64,000 nt of DNA from Octopus vulgaris. Taxonomy: Eukaryota. Below the pieces are notes generated by a model. The model saw only the letters and a list, made by a program, of their open reading frames with translations. It had not been told where the DNA came from and searched no databases. Each line of letters opens with the position of its first letter. The stretch's first letter is position 1. The translations under genes and the position numbers were made by a program. The stretch covers positions 37,572,001 to 37,636,000 of the forward strand of contig OX597829.1 of the NCBI GenBank assembly GCA_951406725.2, given 5' to 3'. Shown piece by piece: positions 52,832 to 64,000 of the stretch.

Positions 52832-55800
52832 CTGAAAGGAATCAAAAGAATATTCTTGGATAATAGGGCTTTCACATGTTTACTCAATCAATTATAAAAT
52901 AGCAGCTAACTTTCTCTCTGTCTTTCTCTCAAATTACATTGTTTTAAAGACACAATACTGTAGTCCAGGGTCCAGACAAAACCCACTCATATTTTTGGCA
53001 CTGTACAATAAGCAATCCACCCATTTTTATTCTTTTTCTTTTTTCAGATTCTGACATTTTTGTTAACAGAGATTTTGATTCTGACATAAAAATTGGCATT
53101 TCAAAATTCAAATTCTCTCACCAACCCCCTTTTTTTTTCTTTCACTTTTTTTCTGAAAATTATTTTTGGATTCTATGTAGAAAAATATGGACATTATGAT
53201 TTCTGGAAAAAGTTTTTTTCTAAAATTTCAATTTAAAAAAACAAAACAAAAACAATTGACACCCCTCCCATCCACACCAATATTCCAGATGTTTTTAAAC
53301 TCATTCACTCATACAGAGGTGATTTTCAACCAGTACATGCTGTTAAGCCTAGAAATAACAGTTAAATCTCTTAAATTTATTTTTAATTAAATGTAAACAA
53401 AAACAGAAACTGCAGTTGTGAAAAACTTGTTATCCAAAATTCCAATTTTTAAAAAATACAAAAAATATATTTAACCAAAAATAAAATAAAATAACAGAAC
53501 ACAAGAGATTTTACTACCCAATGTACATATTTCTGAATTCTAACATAAAAGGGAAGGCATTTACTTCAAGAAATGTTTTAGAAGTCAAAAACAATCATCA
53601 TCATCACCACTACTACCATCATGCTCACTATCACCACTGCCAAAACTGTGACAAACAATGAAACCACAGTTACTACTATCAACAGCAACAAACTCAGCCT
53701 CGTTTATCATCACCATCGTTGTGATCAAAATTGAATTTTAAGGGGGATTCTGACTTTTGTCAGAATCAGAATTACTGTTGCCGAAAATGTTGAAATCTGT
53801 GAAAAAGGAAAAAGAAATAAAAAGAAAAGAGGAGTGGGATGCTTATTGTACACCTTCACCAAAAATATAATCAAAGGATTTTTGTCCTTATACTCTGTAG
53901 TTTATACATTTCTGCTGTTTATTTAAGACAATGTGGGAACCTCAACACGGTCAAATTCCTCACTAAACTACACACTAACACATTAAAAATCCAGAATTTA
54001 TTGTTTGAGTAAAAGTTGGGATGGTCATGGTTGAAACATCTTTGATCTTAGGTCTGCTTGATGAAGACAACCATTGCCTGCCCATAAACATGGATGCAAA
54101 ATGACAAAGAGGCCTCTCCCTCTATTGGTTCTTATATACATTTTTTATTGGTTTCACTGAGTGGGTTACAGTCATACTGGAGCACCACTCTTGAAAGTTT
54201 TAATTGATTATATCAGCTATAGTAATTTTTTTTTTGCTTGGTGCTCTCTTCATTTTACCAAGTGCATAAGAGGAGTAAAAAAAAAAACCTGACATATATA
54301 TAAAGTGAAATGTATTACCAGCCTCATCTTTTTAACATCCACTTTTCCATGCTTGCATAGGTCAGGTTGAATTTGTTGAAGCAGATTTTCTAAAGCTGGA
54401 TGCCTTTCCTGTCACAAACCCTTACCTGTTTCTAAGTTTCCCAAGACCAGGTATATTCACAGAAGACTGCAAACAAAGGACACTACTGTATGACAGTGAT
54501 GCTATATACACCCATCATATAAATGTCAAGCCAAGGTGACAGTAACATACACACATATAAAGGGTATCTAGCCATAAAAGCCACATCAAACCAGACAGAA
54601 GAGTTTGGTATGGTTCTCTGGTTAGTCAGCTCCTGTCAAACTGACCAAGCAATGCCAACAATGGAAAACAAATCTTAAATAATGATAATGTATATAAGAA
54701 AGGCTTCCAACTGCAGAAACAATGTTGGAAAGGAAACATATGATCCTTTGGTCTCTTGAAGAGAGTAGTAACCATACAGAATAAAAACTGATTTAGACCA
54801 AATGGAATAATTTAACCCATTATTTACATTTGACAGATATTTGCTCCCATCTTGTTTCTTGTTAATACAATGTTTCGGCTGATATACCCTCCAACCTTCA
54901 TCAGGTGTCTTGGGGAAATTTCGAACCTGGTATTTTTTTATGTTATTATTATTATTATTAAGGTCACTGCCTGGAATCGAACTTGGAATCTTGGGGTTAG
55001 TAGCCTGCGCGGTTAATCACTATGCCAGGTTCAAAATTGCCCTAAAATACCTGATGAAGGCTGGAGGGTATATCAGCCAAAATGTTGTGTTAACAACAAA
55101 CAAAATGAGGACAAATATCCATCAAATATAAATAATTCCTTATCTCTTAAATATAGAACTGTATAATTTAACCCATGTCAACAAGGAAAAATGATATGAT
55201 AATGATATGAAGACCAGTATCTCTGTATGTATTTATGATTTTAGAAAGAACTTTAAATACGATCCTACCTTTTTCCTTGCCTCAACACCAGCAGGTAAAC
55301 ACTGAACACTGTTTTCAGCACGTGCAAGAAGGACGGAGAGTTTTAATAACAGTTTTATGACCATTTCACGATCTTCAAGGAAAGATTTGTATTTATTTTT
55401 CTCTTGGCTGTTTGGGCAGGATTCATCCAAGTTGTTAACAATCTGCAAAATACAAAGGAAAAGCAATTGGTATGTATGTAACTGTTATACTTAGTAGTAT
55501 TACTATCAGGTTGAGTAGAATGTATGCAACGTTTTGAACCATGAAGAATTTTTTAAACATTTTTTTGCAATTGTCTGATAATACAGACATAGACTTGCTC
55601 AAATGCATCAATAAATTAAGATTGATTTTTTTCCCACTGTTGTTACAATCATATAAAATGGAACTGTCAAAACATGATATTCAACTTCAAAAAAGGATGT
55701 AAAGCAGTTGAAACTGCCTGTGATATCAATGAAACATTTGGTGAGGAAATGACCAGTGAGTGGTCAGCTTGAAGATGGTTTAACCCTTTCATTACCAACC

Positions 55801-58800
55801 CAGCTGAAACCTGGCTGTAGTACAAATGTCTTGTTTTAATAAGTTTTGAATTAAAATCTTCCACCAAAACCTTAGTCACAATTTATGTTCCTAACACTAG
55901 TTTAATGATAACTAAGTTAGTTTACTAAATTCTTTGTTTTATTCAAAATAATTGAAAGAAATGGAGCATCTCAAAATAGATACAGTAAGAAAGGTCAAAA
56001 CGATTTTGCAGTAGAGACATGAGCCTTGAAGAGTGTGAGCATAGTGGATGCCCATCAGTCATTGATGACGGTCAATTAAAGATTGTCATTGACAAAGGTC
56101 CATGTAAAACCACTTGAGAATTGGCAACAGAATTTCAAGTTAGCCAAAAAACTGCCTGCAACAATTTGCATGCAATTGGAAAATCAAAAAAGCTCAACAA
56201 ATGGGTACCACACAATTTCAATGAAAATCAGAAAATGTGCAGATATGAAATTTGCACATCGCTTCTCTGAAACCAGACCAAACCATTGCTTAACTGTATT
56301 GTAACTTGCGATGAAAAATGGATTCTGTACAATAATAAAAAATGTTCTTCACAGTAGTGGTTGGACCAAAATGAAACCCTGAAAACCTTCCCTAAATTCA
56401 AGCTTTTCAAAAAGAAGGTTATGGCAACTGTTTGGTGGTGTACTATAACTTCTTAAAACCTGGAAAAACCATTATTGCAGACACATATTGCCATGAAATT
56501 GCCAAAATGAACAAAAAACTGCTACTCCGTCACAGACTGGTCAACGGAAGAAGGTCGATCATTCTTCATGACAATGCTCGATCACATGCTTCACTAGTGA
56601 CATTCCAGAAGTCGAGGGAACTTGGTTACGAAGTTCTTCCCCACCCAGCTTATTACCAAGACTTTTCTCCTACTGACTACCATTTTTTCAAGCACCTTGA
56701 TGGTTTCCTGTGAGAGAAAGAGCTCAAAATTCAAACCGATGTTGAAAGTGCATTCAAAGAGTTCATCAGCTCCAGAACTCCAGATTTTTATGTTACCAGA
56801 ACAAATTTGTAACTCATTGGCAAAAATGCATTGATTGTAGAGGTACTTACTTTGATGAATAAAATTTCCTCTTTGGTGAAATATATTGTGATAAATTTCA
56901 TGTTTCAAAACGTTGCTTACTTTTTACTCAGCCTAATAGTTATGATATACAAGAGCAAATGTAGAAGAAATTATGATAAACTCATGCTCATGTAATTTGT
57001 TTCCAACAAATGTTATAAGCTGGTGTTTATTATACACACACAGACACAAAGGAAGTCACTTAATATAATCAGAAAGAATATCATCAAAATTAGTTGGTTC
57101 CAAACACATTCAGAAATTTCCCTTGGTAATTTAGTCATAAAAAAAAGTTTGAAAATAAAATAAACAAACCTTTTCACCCAAACTGTTGATTTCCAGGATT
57201 TCTCTTTCCACACTTTGCTTTGCTTCACGGAGAACATCAAGTTTCTTCATAATGCTGACCCTTAATCCTTCCTGAAACATAGATTTTTTTTTTGAAAGTC
57301 ATCTCTATATATATAAACGGCAAAATGTCTATCTGTGTGTGTGTGTCCTTTATACAAATCCACAATTTTTCAGTTAGAGGGCTCGCACTTTCTATGGTTA
57401 TTCAAAACCGTCCAAGGGTGGTCGTGCACATCTTTACATATCCCCAGTCACTCCGCAAAGTCATTAAAAAATCAATAGAAGTGACTTTTTTGTGAATTTT
57501 CTATCCAAAACCCAATCAAAATGCCCAAAACTTGATACGCCAATTGAATGCCAGCTAGCTGTATGTGATTGGTTGGAGATTTGGACAGTACTTGCGTGTA
57601 TGTGTGCACACACGCAGCTGTATATGCATGCACTTGCCGGGTCATAGTGCTAGTAACCATATATTTTTACTTAAATATGTTGTCTTTGTTCCAATTAAGT
57701 TTGAAAATAACTTTGCCATTGTTAAGTTGCTGTTTGGAAAACGACCACGTTCGGATGGTGCTTTTTATGTGCCACCGGCACAGGTATCACAACTACTATT
57801 TCCATTGATATTTATTGGCTCAACAGGTCTCATCAAGCACAGCGGGATGTTCTGAAGTATTTTAGGCATGGTTATGTGGTAAGAAGTTTGCTTTCCAACC
57901 ACATAGTTCTGGGTTTAGTTCCATTGTATGGAACTTTAGGTAGGTGCCTACCAAAGCCTTGTGAGTGGATTTGGTAAACAACAAAACAGAAATAAGCCCA
58001 TTATACATATATATATATATATGTGTATGTGCTTATGTCTGTTTGTCCCCTACCATCACTTGACAGTAGGTGTTGGTGTGTTTATGTTCTAATCTTCATA
58101 ACTTAGCAGTTCATCAAAAGAGGTTGATAGAATAAGTACCAGGCTCAAAAAAAAAAAAAAAAAAAAAGGACTGGCATAGATTTTTTTCCAACTAAAATTC
58201 TTCAAGGTCTCAAGCTAATGACTGAAGCAGGTACAAGGTATAAGAAAAATGTAATTTTTTTGAAAGAAATATCTGCAACACAGATTCGAACAAAAACTAC
58301 TACGCATACATGTGTATGGTATCTATTTTTCAAAGATTAGCTCAGTTTAATAATTGTGAGTTGTTTCCCTTGCTCTATGAATTTCACAAACTTCATATTT
58401 TCTATGTCTGTCTATCTGCATGCATATTGTTTTTATTTTTACGTCTGTTTTTTCCATACTTGCACAGGTTAGATGACTATTTCATTTTGATGCTCTTCCT
58501 GTCACTAACACCTATCTGTTTCTCCAATAAGCGATGTCTTATTCCATTCGGGTTTTGAAGGTGTGAAGCAAATGGATGATTTGTTGAAGAGAAACTGACA
58601 CCACCAGCACCTCGTGTCACAAATCTCACAGATGTGAGTGAAATGTAAACTAATACACAAATACACACACACTTTCTGTCTACCAAATCCACTCTCAAGG
58701 CTTTGGTTGGCCTGAGGCTATAGCAGAAGGCAATTGCCCAAGATGCCATGCATGGTACCAAACTTGAAATAACATGGTTGGGAAGCAAACGGCTTCACAG

Positions 58801-61800
58801 CATGACCATGCCTTTGCCTAAAGTCATACATACATACACACACACACACACAAGTATTTTCATGTATACTACACTACATCACTTTGTACAAACCATTACT
58901 CTCTTTTACTCTTATTTGTTTCAGTCATTTGACTGCAGCCATGCTGGAGCACTGCCTTTAGTCGAGCAAATCAACCCCAGGACTTATTCTCTGTAAGCCT
59001 AGTACTTATTCTATTGGTCTCTCTTGCTGAACCGCTAAGTTACAGGGACGTAAACACACCAGCATCAGTTGTAAGCGATGTTGGCGGGACAAATACAGAC
59101 ACACAAACATATACACACACACACATATACATATATGCGACGGGCTTCTTTGAGTTTCTGCCTACCGAATCCACTCACAAGGCTTTGGTCAGCCCGAGGC
59201 TATAGTAGAAGACACTTTCCCAAGGTGCCACGCAGTGGGACTGAACCTGGAACCATGTGGTTGGTAAGCAAGCTACTTACCACACAGCCACTCCTGCGCC
59301 TATATATATATATATACACACACGAAGAACTTCTTTCAGTTTCCATCTACCAATTCCACTCACAAGGCTTTGGTCAGCCCAAGGTTATAGTAGAAGACAC
59401 TTGCTCAAGGTGCCATGCAGTGGGACTGAACCTGGAACCATGTGGTTGGTAAGCAAGCTACTTACCACACAGCCACTTACAAAGTGCCAAAGTTTTAGAA
59501 CATTTTCTATATGGTTAGCCAAATACATTGCTTTGTTTCTCGCATGTCAACCAATCAATGCTTTCAAGCATCCACCCCCCCCCCCAGCATCAGCTCTTTA
59601 TATATTGAATACTATGTTCTATGTTCAGTTGAGAGCACAACTAAATGCTCATCGTTGAAACCGACAAAGGACCTTTTATCATGATGAAAAAGAGCAAAAC
59701 CAAAAAGAAAACTCCCAAAATAAAAACCTCCACCTAAATTAGAATTTTCTTATCTTTTCATTATTATTTTATATCAGTCAAATAAATATTTATCTTTGCT
59801 TCTTGAAAGAAAAGTCAGCAGAATTATTCATCAAAATTACTCATCATATTGTATTAGGAATCTTTTATCTTTTATTTATTTTTAGTCATTGGACTGCTGC
59901 CATGCTGGGGCACTGCCTTGAAGGGTTTTAATCAAACAAGTCAACCTCTAACACTCGTTTATTTATTTTTTAAAGCCTGGTACTTACTTCATCGCTATCT
60001 TGTTGCCAAATCACTGCTATGGGGATGTACAAAAAAGTAAACACAAATGACATTTAAATGTTGATCAGCCTTAATTGAGAATCCTCATAACTAAACCATT
60101 CTATATAATTAAATTCCTCATTTTATAAGAAGCCATTTGACATGGTAGTAACTGTATTCTTTAGTAGATCTATCAACTTGAGTGTAAACCCCTTCAAAAA
60201 GACCACGTACTGATAAAAGCTGCATTGTATATAACTTTTAACCCTAGTATTAACTGTAAGACCAGGAATGTGTCTTACAGCATAAAATTCATGGAAGATG
60301 ATCGTAAGAACCAGAATGCAGCATACATCAGGCAGACTTCTAGGAGTTTAGCAGAGACCACATGACACAGGCTGAAGTATAATGACCATAAACAGTTATC
60401 TGTACTCTATCAGCATGTCTATAGAAAATAGATTTTAAATACAAATATTTTTTACTCCAAGTACATACAGGCATACACACTAGTGTACATTCAAAGCAAC
60501 ACACACATATACACGTGTACACGTACATATTTTTTGTTTACTTTCACCCTCTCCTTCTCTTGTAAGCAATCATACATCTAACATACACATGTGCATAAGA
60601 CTAATTCTCAGATAGACTCAAGGTAGACCTTGAAGAGAGAGAGGATATGTCATTGATGGGGGTCATGAACAGCAACAGAAGTACCTTGACAAACACACAA
60701 CCAGTTGATTGTTTAACCAACACAGTAAACAAACGACCAATTAGTTAGTTAGTTAGATATTTAACTGATTGACTAACGATAGAAAAGTGATTTTGAACCA
60801 GTGTGTGTGTTTATTATTTTTGGCATAATGACCCTACCAATACACAAAAAAAAAACCTAAGAAATTTTCAGAGATTTACCCAATAAAAGCTCATTTACTA
60901 AAATGACATTTTGAATAATAATAATAATGATGATGATGATGCAGTACCAGGCAGTAACTCTCATGGCTTCTGATCTTAACTGATTGGAAGTGTTATCATG
61001 TACATTGTTTTGTCTTGGTATAAAAGATGGGCTACAGCAAATGTTCTGCTCAATACCACAGATTTGCTTGTCAGTTGTTTGACCATAATCAGTTGAGCAG
61101 AAGTAGTTGGGGAGTATCCTAGCCATGTGTTGAGAGGAATTTTTGGGGTTCGAATTATTCCCTCTGGAAACGTGGGTGTTTCATTCCTCATCCTTAAACA
61201 AACCTTATTCAGGGACCTTTTGAACAGGACAGGTTACTTGGCCTGAAGAAAAAATTCTCACAGGACCCCACCTGCAAGGTCATGTGCTGTTTATATTGAT
61301 ATGAGGTCACTATGTTGCACACATATGGTTGTGATGCATGTGTCTGGTGTACCCTTATCATGATGGGTATAATGGGCTTTGTATATTTGTACTCCAGTGT
61401 CACTTTGATGGCATGTGTTGCTCTCCCACTCAATAATAATAATGTTTTATAAAAGAAACATGATAATAATCAGAAGCAACCCAAACGACTACCCTCTGTA
61501 ATTTCATGAGTGGGTTTTTGTATCTGGTTGTAGATAGCTTAATTTGGCAAATTCCATTAATATTAACACAGGAGACAAGAAAGATTGAATCTTCTGGCTG
61601 AAAGTAATGTGAGCAGTGACAGCTAGGTAGTTAAGAAAACTACTTGTAACTAACATAGTAATAGCAAAGAATAAAAATATAGATCAACAGAATTTAAAAA
61701 AATGATGTTATATAAACAAGGAAGAGTAAATTAATTTCTTTTAAATACCAAACAAATTGAATTCTATCTTTGTATCAGGGGGGGGGGAGCACAAGAGGAA

Positions 61801-62541
61801 TAAGAAGAGAGAGAAGAAAAGAATGTAAAATGAAAAAGACAAGAAACCAAGAAAGAAGACAAATGACAGGACCCCTTCCCCACTGGCCCCTGCCAGAAGA
61901 CTTAAAAGGTAAAGGATATGTGTGTGTGAGAGAGAGAGAGAATAGCAAGCATCTCATTTTATCGTTTAGCTATTATTTAAAATAGACTTTGGTTTAGAGA
62001 ATTGGAAAGAACAAATGAAAATACTCAGAGTTCAGAGCTGTAGTGAATGTATTAAAGTACCCTTTTTTTTTCTGTAGTAAAAGATAAGCATTTAAATAAA
62101 TTTGGGTTTAAGGGAGTTGGGTATTAATATCTTGAGTCATACGGGTGGTTATCCATTTCTATGGAACATACGTGACTGAAATCAGAACATTACCCTGAAT
62201 GAGACACCGGCCCAGCGCAGAATTACTCAATTATGGCTGAGTGAATTGGAGAAAGATGAAATGAAGTGTTTTGCTCAAGAACACAACACATCACTGATCT
62301 GGCAATTGAAAGTATGATCTTGCAATCAACACTCCCAGCCACTAAGCCATATACTTTCACACTTCAGGAGTTGGAAGGAATTAATAAGAGTAACCACGGT
62401 TCGGAGTTATAGTGAATGTATGTATTATTATATTAAAGTACCTTTTTCTGCAGTAATGCATCCTCATCAGTTTCCTGACATTTCTCAGACTCTTTGTAGC
62501 TGTCTGAAATAACCTGGAACTGAGATCCGCACTGAGAATTT
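52565..62541 (-). CDS. Shroom: Shroom-family protein, 3' part (ASD2/SD2 Rho-kinase-binding domain), 4 exons; upstream exons beyond the window
   Basis: Spliced translation ...LLQKK|EGLRVSIMKKLDVLREAK...LGEK|IVNNL...KYKSFLEDREMVIKLLLKLSVLLARAENS...|ELAIEKRDKLSRQHEEAKQLKSDIDRRQ...[41 protein letters not shown] matches the ASD2 pattern (LARVEN; QHEDAKELKENLDRRE; MKSALIIEQRELEDKI.LGEEQL). Confidence 0.92.
52958..53900. mobile_element. Old fold-back DNA element with long diverged TIRs in the last Shroom intron
   Basis: tgtacaataagca...gattctgaca...aaaattcaa mirrored by ttgaatttt...tgtcagaatc...tgcttattgtaca. Confidence 0.55.
54819..55162 (-). mobile_element. Composite tRNA-head + hammerhead element with inverted arm and 14-bp TSD
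   Basis: arms 54819-54930 and 55025-55136; tRNA-like segment 54961-55027; TSD ataatttaacccat at 54807-54820 and 55163-55176. Confidence 0.75.
54864..54909 (-). ncRNA. Minimal hammerhead motif (decayed); inverted partner at 55046-55091 (+)
   Basis: GACAC CUGAUGA A GGUUG gagggUaUaU CAGCC GAAAC AUU GUAUU; partner AAUAC CUGAUGA A GGCUG gagggUaUaU CAGCC AAAAU GUU GUGUU. Confidence 0.6.
55269..55442 (-). CDS. Shroom: Shroom ASD2 exon (IVNNLDESC...VEARKK)
   Basis: tgcag| acceptor, |gtagga donor; 174 nt, phase 0/0. Confidence 0.9.
55504..56938 (+). mobile_element. Decayed full-length mariner (D,D34D-type) transposon with nested TTAA MITE (about 55780-55995)
   Basis: TIRs tatcaggttgagtagaatgtatgcaacgttttgaa / ttcaaaacgttgcttactttttactcagcctaata; WVPH, VTCDEKW, HDNARSH, HPAYYQDFSPTDYHFFK with stops and frameshifts. 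Confidence 0.9.
57170..57271 (-). CDS. Shroom: Shroom ASD2 exon (EGLRVSIMKKLDVLREAKQSVEREILEINSLGEK)
   Basis: tttcag| acceptor, |gtttgt donor; 102 nt, phase 0/0. Confidence 0.88.
57302..57653 (+). mobile_element. Non-autonomous Helitron
   Basis: A|TC start (tctctatatatataa), CTAG|T end, subterminal gcact...agtgc pairing, no TSD. Confidence 0.7.
58901..59477 (-). mobile_element. SINE family B: full copy plus adjacent duplicated 5' half
   Basis: reverse complement of 14083-14485; head repeated at about 59320-59477. Confidence 0.85.
62442..62541 (-). CDS. Shroom: Shroom exon (NSQCGSQF...TDEDALLQKK)
   Basis: tttttactcttgcag| acceptor, AAG|gtactt donor; LLQKK|E fits the ASD2 start. Confidence 0.75.
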
Positions 62542-62926
62542 CTGCAAGAGTAAAAAAAAAGAAGAAATAAGAGTTAAACAACAAGAACAACAATATCTGA
62601 TAGTGGAACAAGGTCACACATATTTACTATTTTAAGAGATAACAACAGCTGATTATATCACTTCCAATATGGCCAGAGAACATGAGGTTTGTGTTGAATG
62701 TGAGGATGTTGTGGTGATTAAGATATCAGTACATCATCATTTCAATGTTCGTTTGATTGCATGGGTTGGATTGAGTTTACTGAGGCAAATTTTTCTATGG
62801 CTGGGTGCCTTTCAAGTTTCTCAAGTAAGGTTAATATCTTCTCCATGGCCAGACATACATCCATGGCAGACTGGAAAATAATACCACTTCTAGGACAGTG
62901 GCACTTGTTTACAACTATCACATACC

Positions 62927-63161
62927 TATTTCTTTACTACCCACAAGGGGCTAAACATAGAGGGGACAAACAAGGACAGACAAACGGATTAAGTCGATTA
63001 CATCGACCCCAGTGCATGACTGGTACTTAATTTGTCGACCCCGAAAGGATGAAAGGCAAAGTTGACCTCGGCAGAATTTGAACTCAGAACGTAATGGCAG
63101 ATGAAATACTGCAAAGCATTTTGCCCGGCGTGCTAACATTTCCGCCAGCTTGCCACCTTAA
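62927..63161 (-). mobile_element. SINE family A
   Basis: reverse-complement copy; TSD aactatcacatacc (62913-62926, 63162-63175). Confidence 0.9.
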
Positions 63162-63620
63162 AACTATCACATACCATTAAAACAAAACAAAACAAAAAAC
63201 AAATACAGGCACACACATATGATAACTCTTCTACCAGTTTCTATCTATCAAATCCACTCACAAGCCTTTGCCAGCCTGGGGCTGAAGTAGAAGTCACTTG
63301 CCCAAGGGATTGAACCCAAAATCAATGTGGTTAGGAGGAAAGCTTTTTAAACCATATAGCCATTCTTGCATCTAACAGAAACATTAATACAAGATAATTA
63401 ATAGACAAAAGCGGAGAAGAAATTAGAGATGATGACAACAGTGATGTCAGATTTGATAATGATGATGATGATGATAATACTGTCAATGGAAGTGGTATTG
63501 CTCTGGGTTCAGACCCACTGCATAGCACTTTGGGCATGTGTCTTCTACTACAGCTTCAGGCCAACCAAAGCCTTGTGAGCAGATTTGGTAATATATATAT
63601 ATATACATATAATAATAAAT

Positions 63621-64000
63621 ATTAGGGAATAAATCCAAATTTACAGGGAAAAAAATCAGATTTAGGATTAAATCCAATTTTATAGTAAAATATTATATAA
63701 TATTAATTAGAGACAAAACCACTATTTTGCAAAACAAACAAGGAAAGACTTAATCAATACATAAAATTTTAATAAAAAGTAAAAAAAAACGCCACTACAA
63801 TTGTTTCATGTCTTGAACGACAATCTTCAGGTGGATTTTCGATTTTCAAATCAGTTTCAATTTATGAAGTCTTCATAAATTGAAACTGATTTGAAAATCG
63901 GAAATCCACCTGAAGATTGTCGTTCAAGACATGAAACAATTGTAGTGGCGGTTTTTTTTACTTTTTATTAAAATTTTATGTATTGATTAAGTCTTTCCTT
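63621..64000. mobile_element. Penelope-like inverted terminal repeat (palindrome centred at 63870), truncated by the window end
   Basis: 63740-63869 mirrored by 63871-64000 with 2 mismatches; each arm carries a hammerhead. Confidence 0.7.
63906..63948 (+). ncRNA. Minimal type-I hammerhead motif; identical inverted copy at 63792-63834 (-)
   Basis: CCAC CUGAAGA U UGUC guucaa GACA U GAAAC AAUU GUA GUGG. Confidence 0.7.

Noticed and set aside
54961-55027. Functional tRNA genes here and in SINE heads
   Set aside because: A/B boxes are present, but no complete cloverleaf or acceptor stem could be built; all lie within repeats.
56083-56834. Active or domesticated (SETMAR-like) transposase
   Set aside because: Multiple stops, frameshifts and a MITE insertion; antisense within a Shroom intron, no SET domain seen.
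62381-62617. ORF-track frame (EILSADLSSRL...) as the Shroom exon
   Set aside because: Only the frame ending LLQKK joins the next exon in phase and fits ASD2.

Overview
AT-rich, repeat-dense animal genomic DNA; the SINE/RTE repeat families and microsatellites look like octopus (inferred from recall, not a search). Two intron-rich genes lie tail to tail. On +, the 5'-truncated beta-adaptin (AP-1/AP-2 complex beta subunit) has 16 phase-consistent coding exons from 562 to a TGA at 40488. On -, four 3' coding exons of a Shroom gene (ASD2 domain) run from 62541 to a TAA at 52565. Introns and intergenic DNA hold tRNA-derived SINEs with TSDs, RTE/CR1/Jockey-like LINE relics, decayed mariner and Tc1 elements, TTAA MITEs, a Helitron, and a Helentron-like element with nested LINEs. 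Main findings: (1) four unrelated minimal type-I hammerhead ribozyme motifs with palindromic stem III, one in a TSD-flanked element with a tRNA/Pol III head and one in a long perfect-centre palindrome; (2) the 16-kb last beta-adaptin intron hides a frame-preserving 39-nt cassette exon with a 156-nt AG-free zone, plus a possible alternative last exon of exactly the canonical coding length. Most ORF-track entries are spurious.
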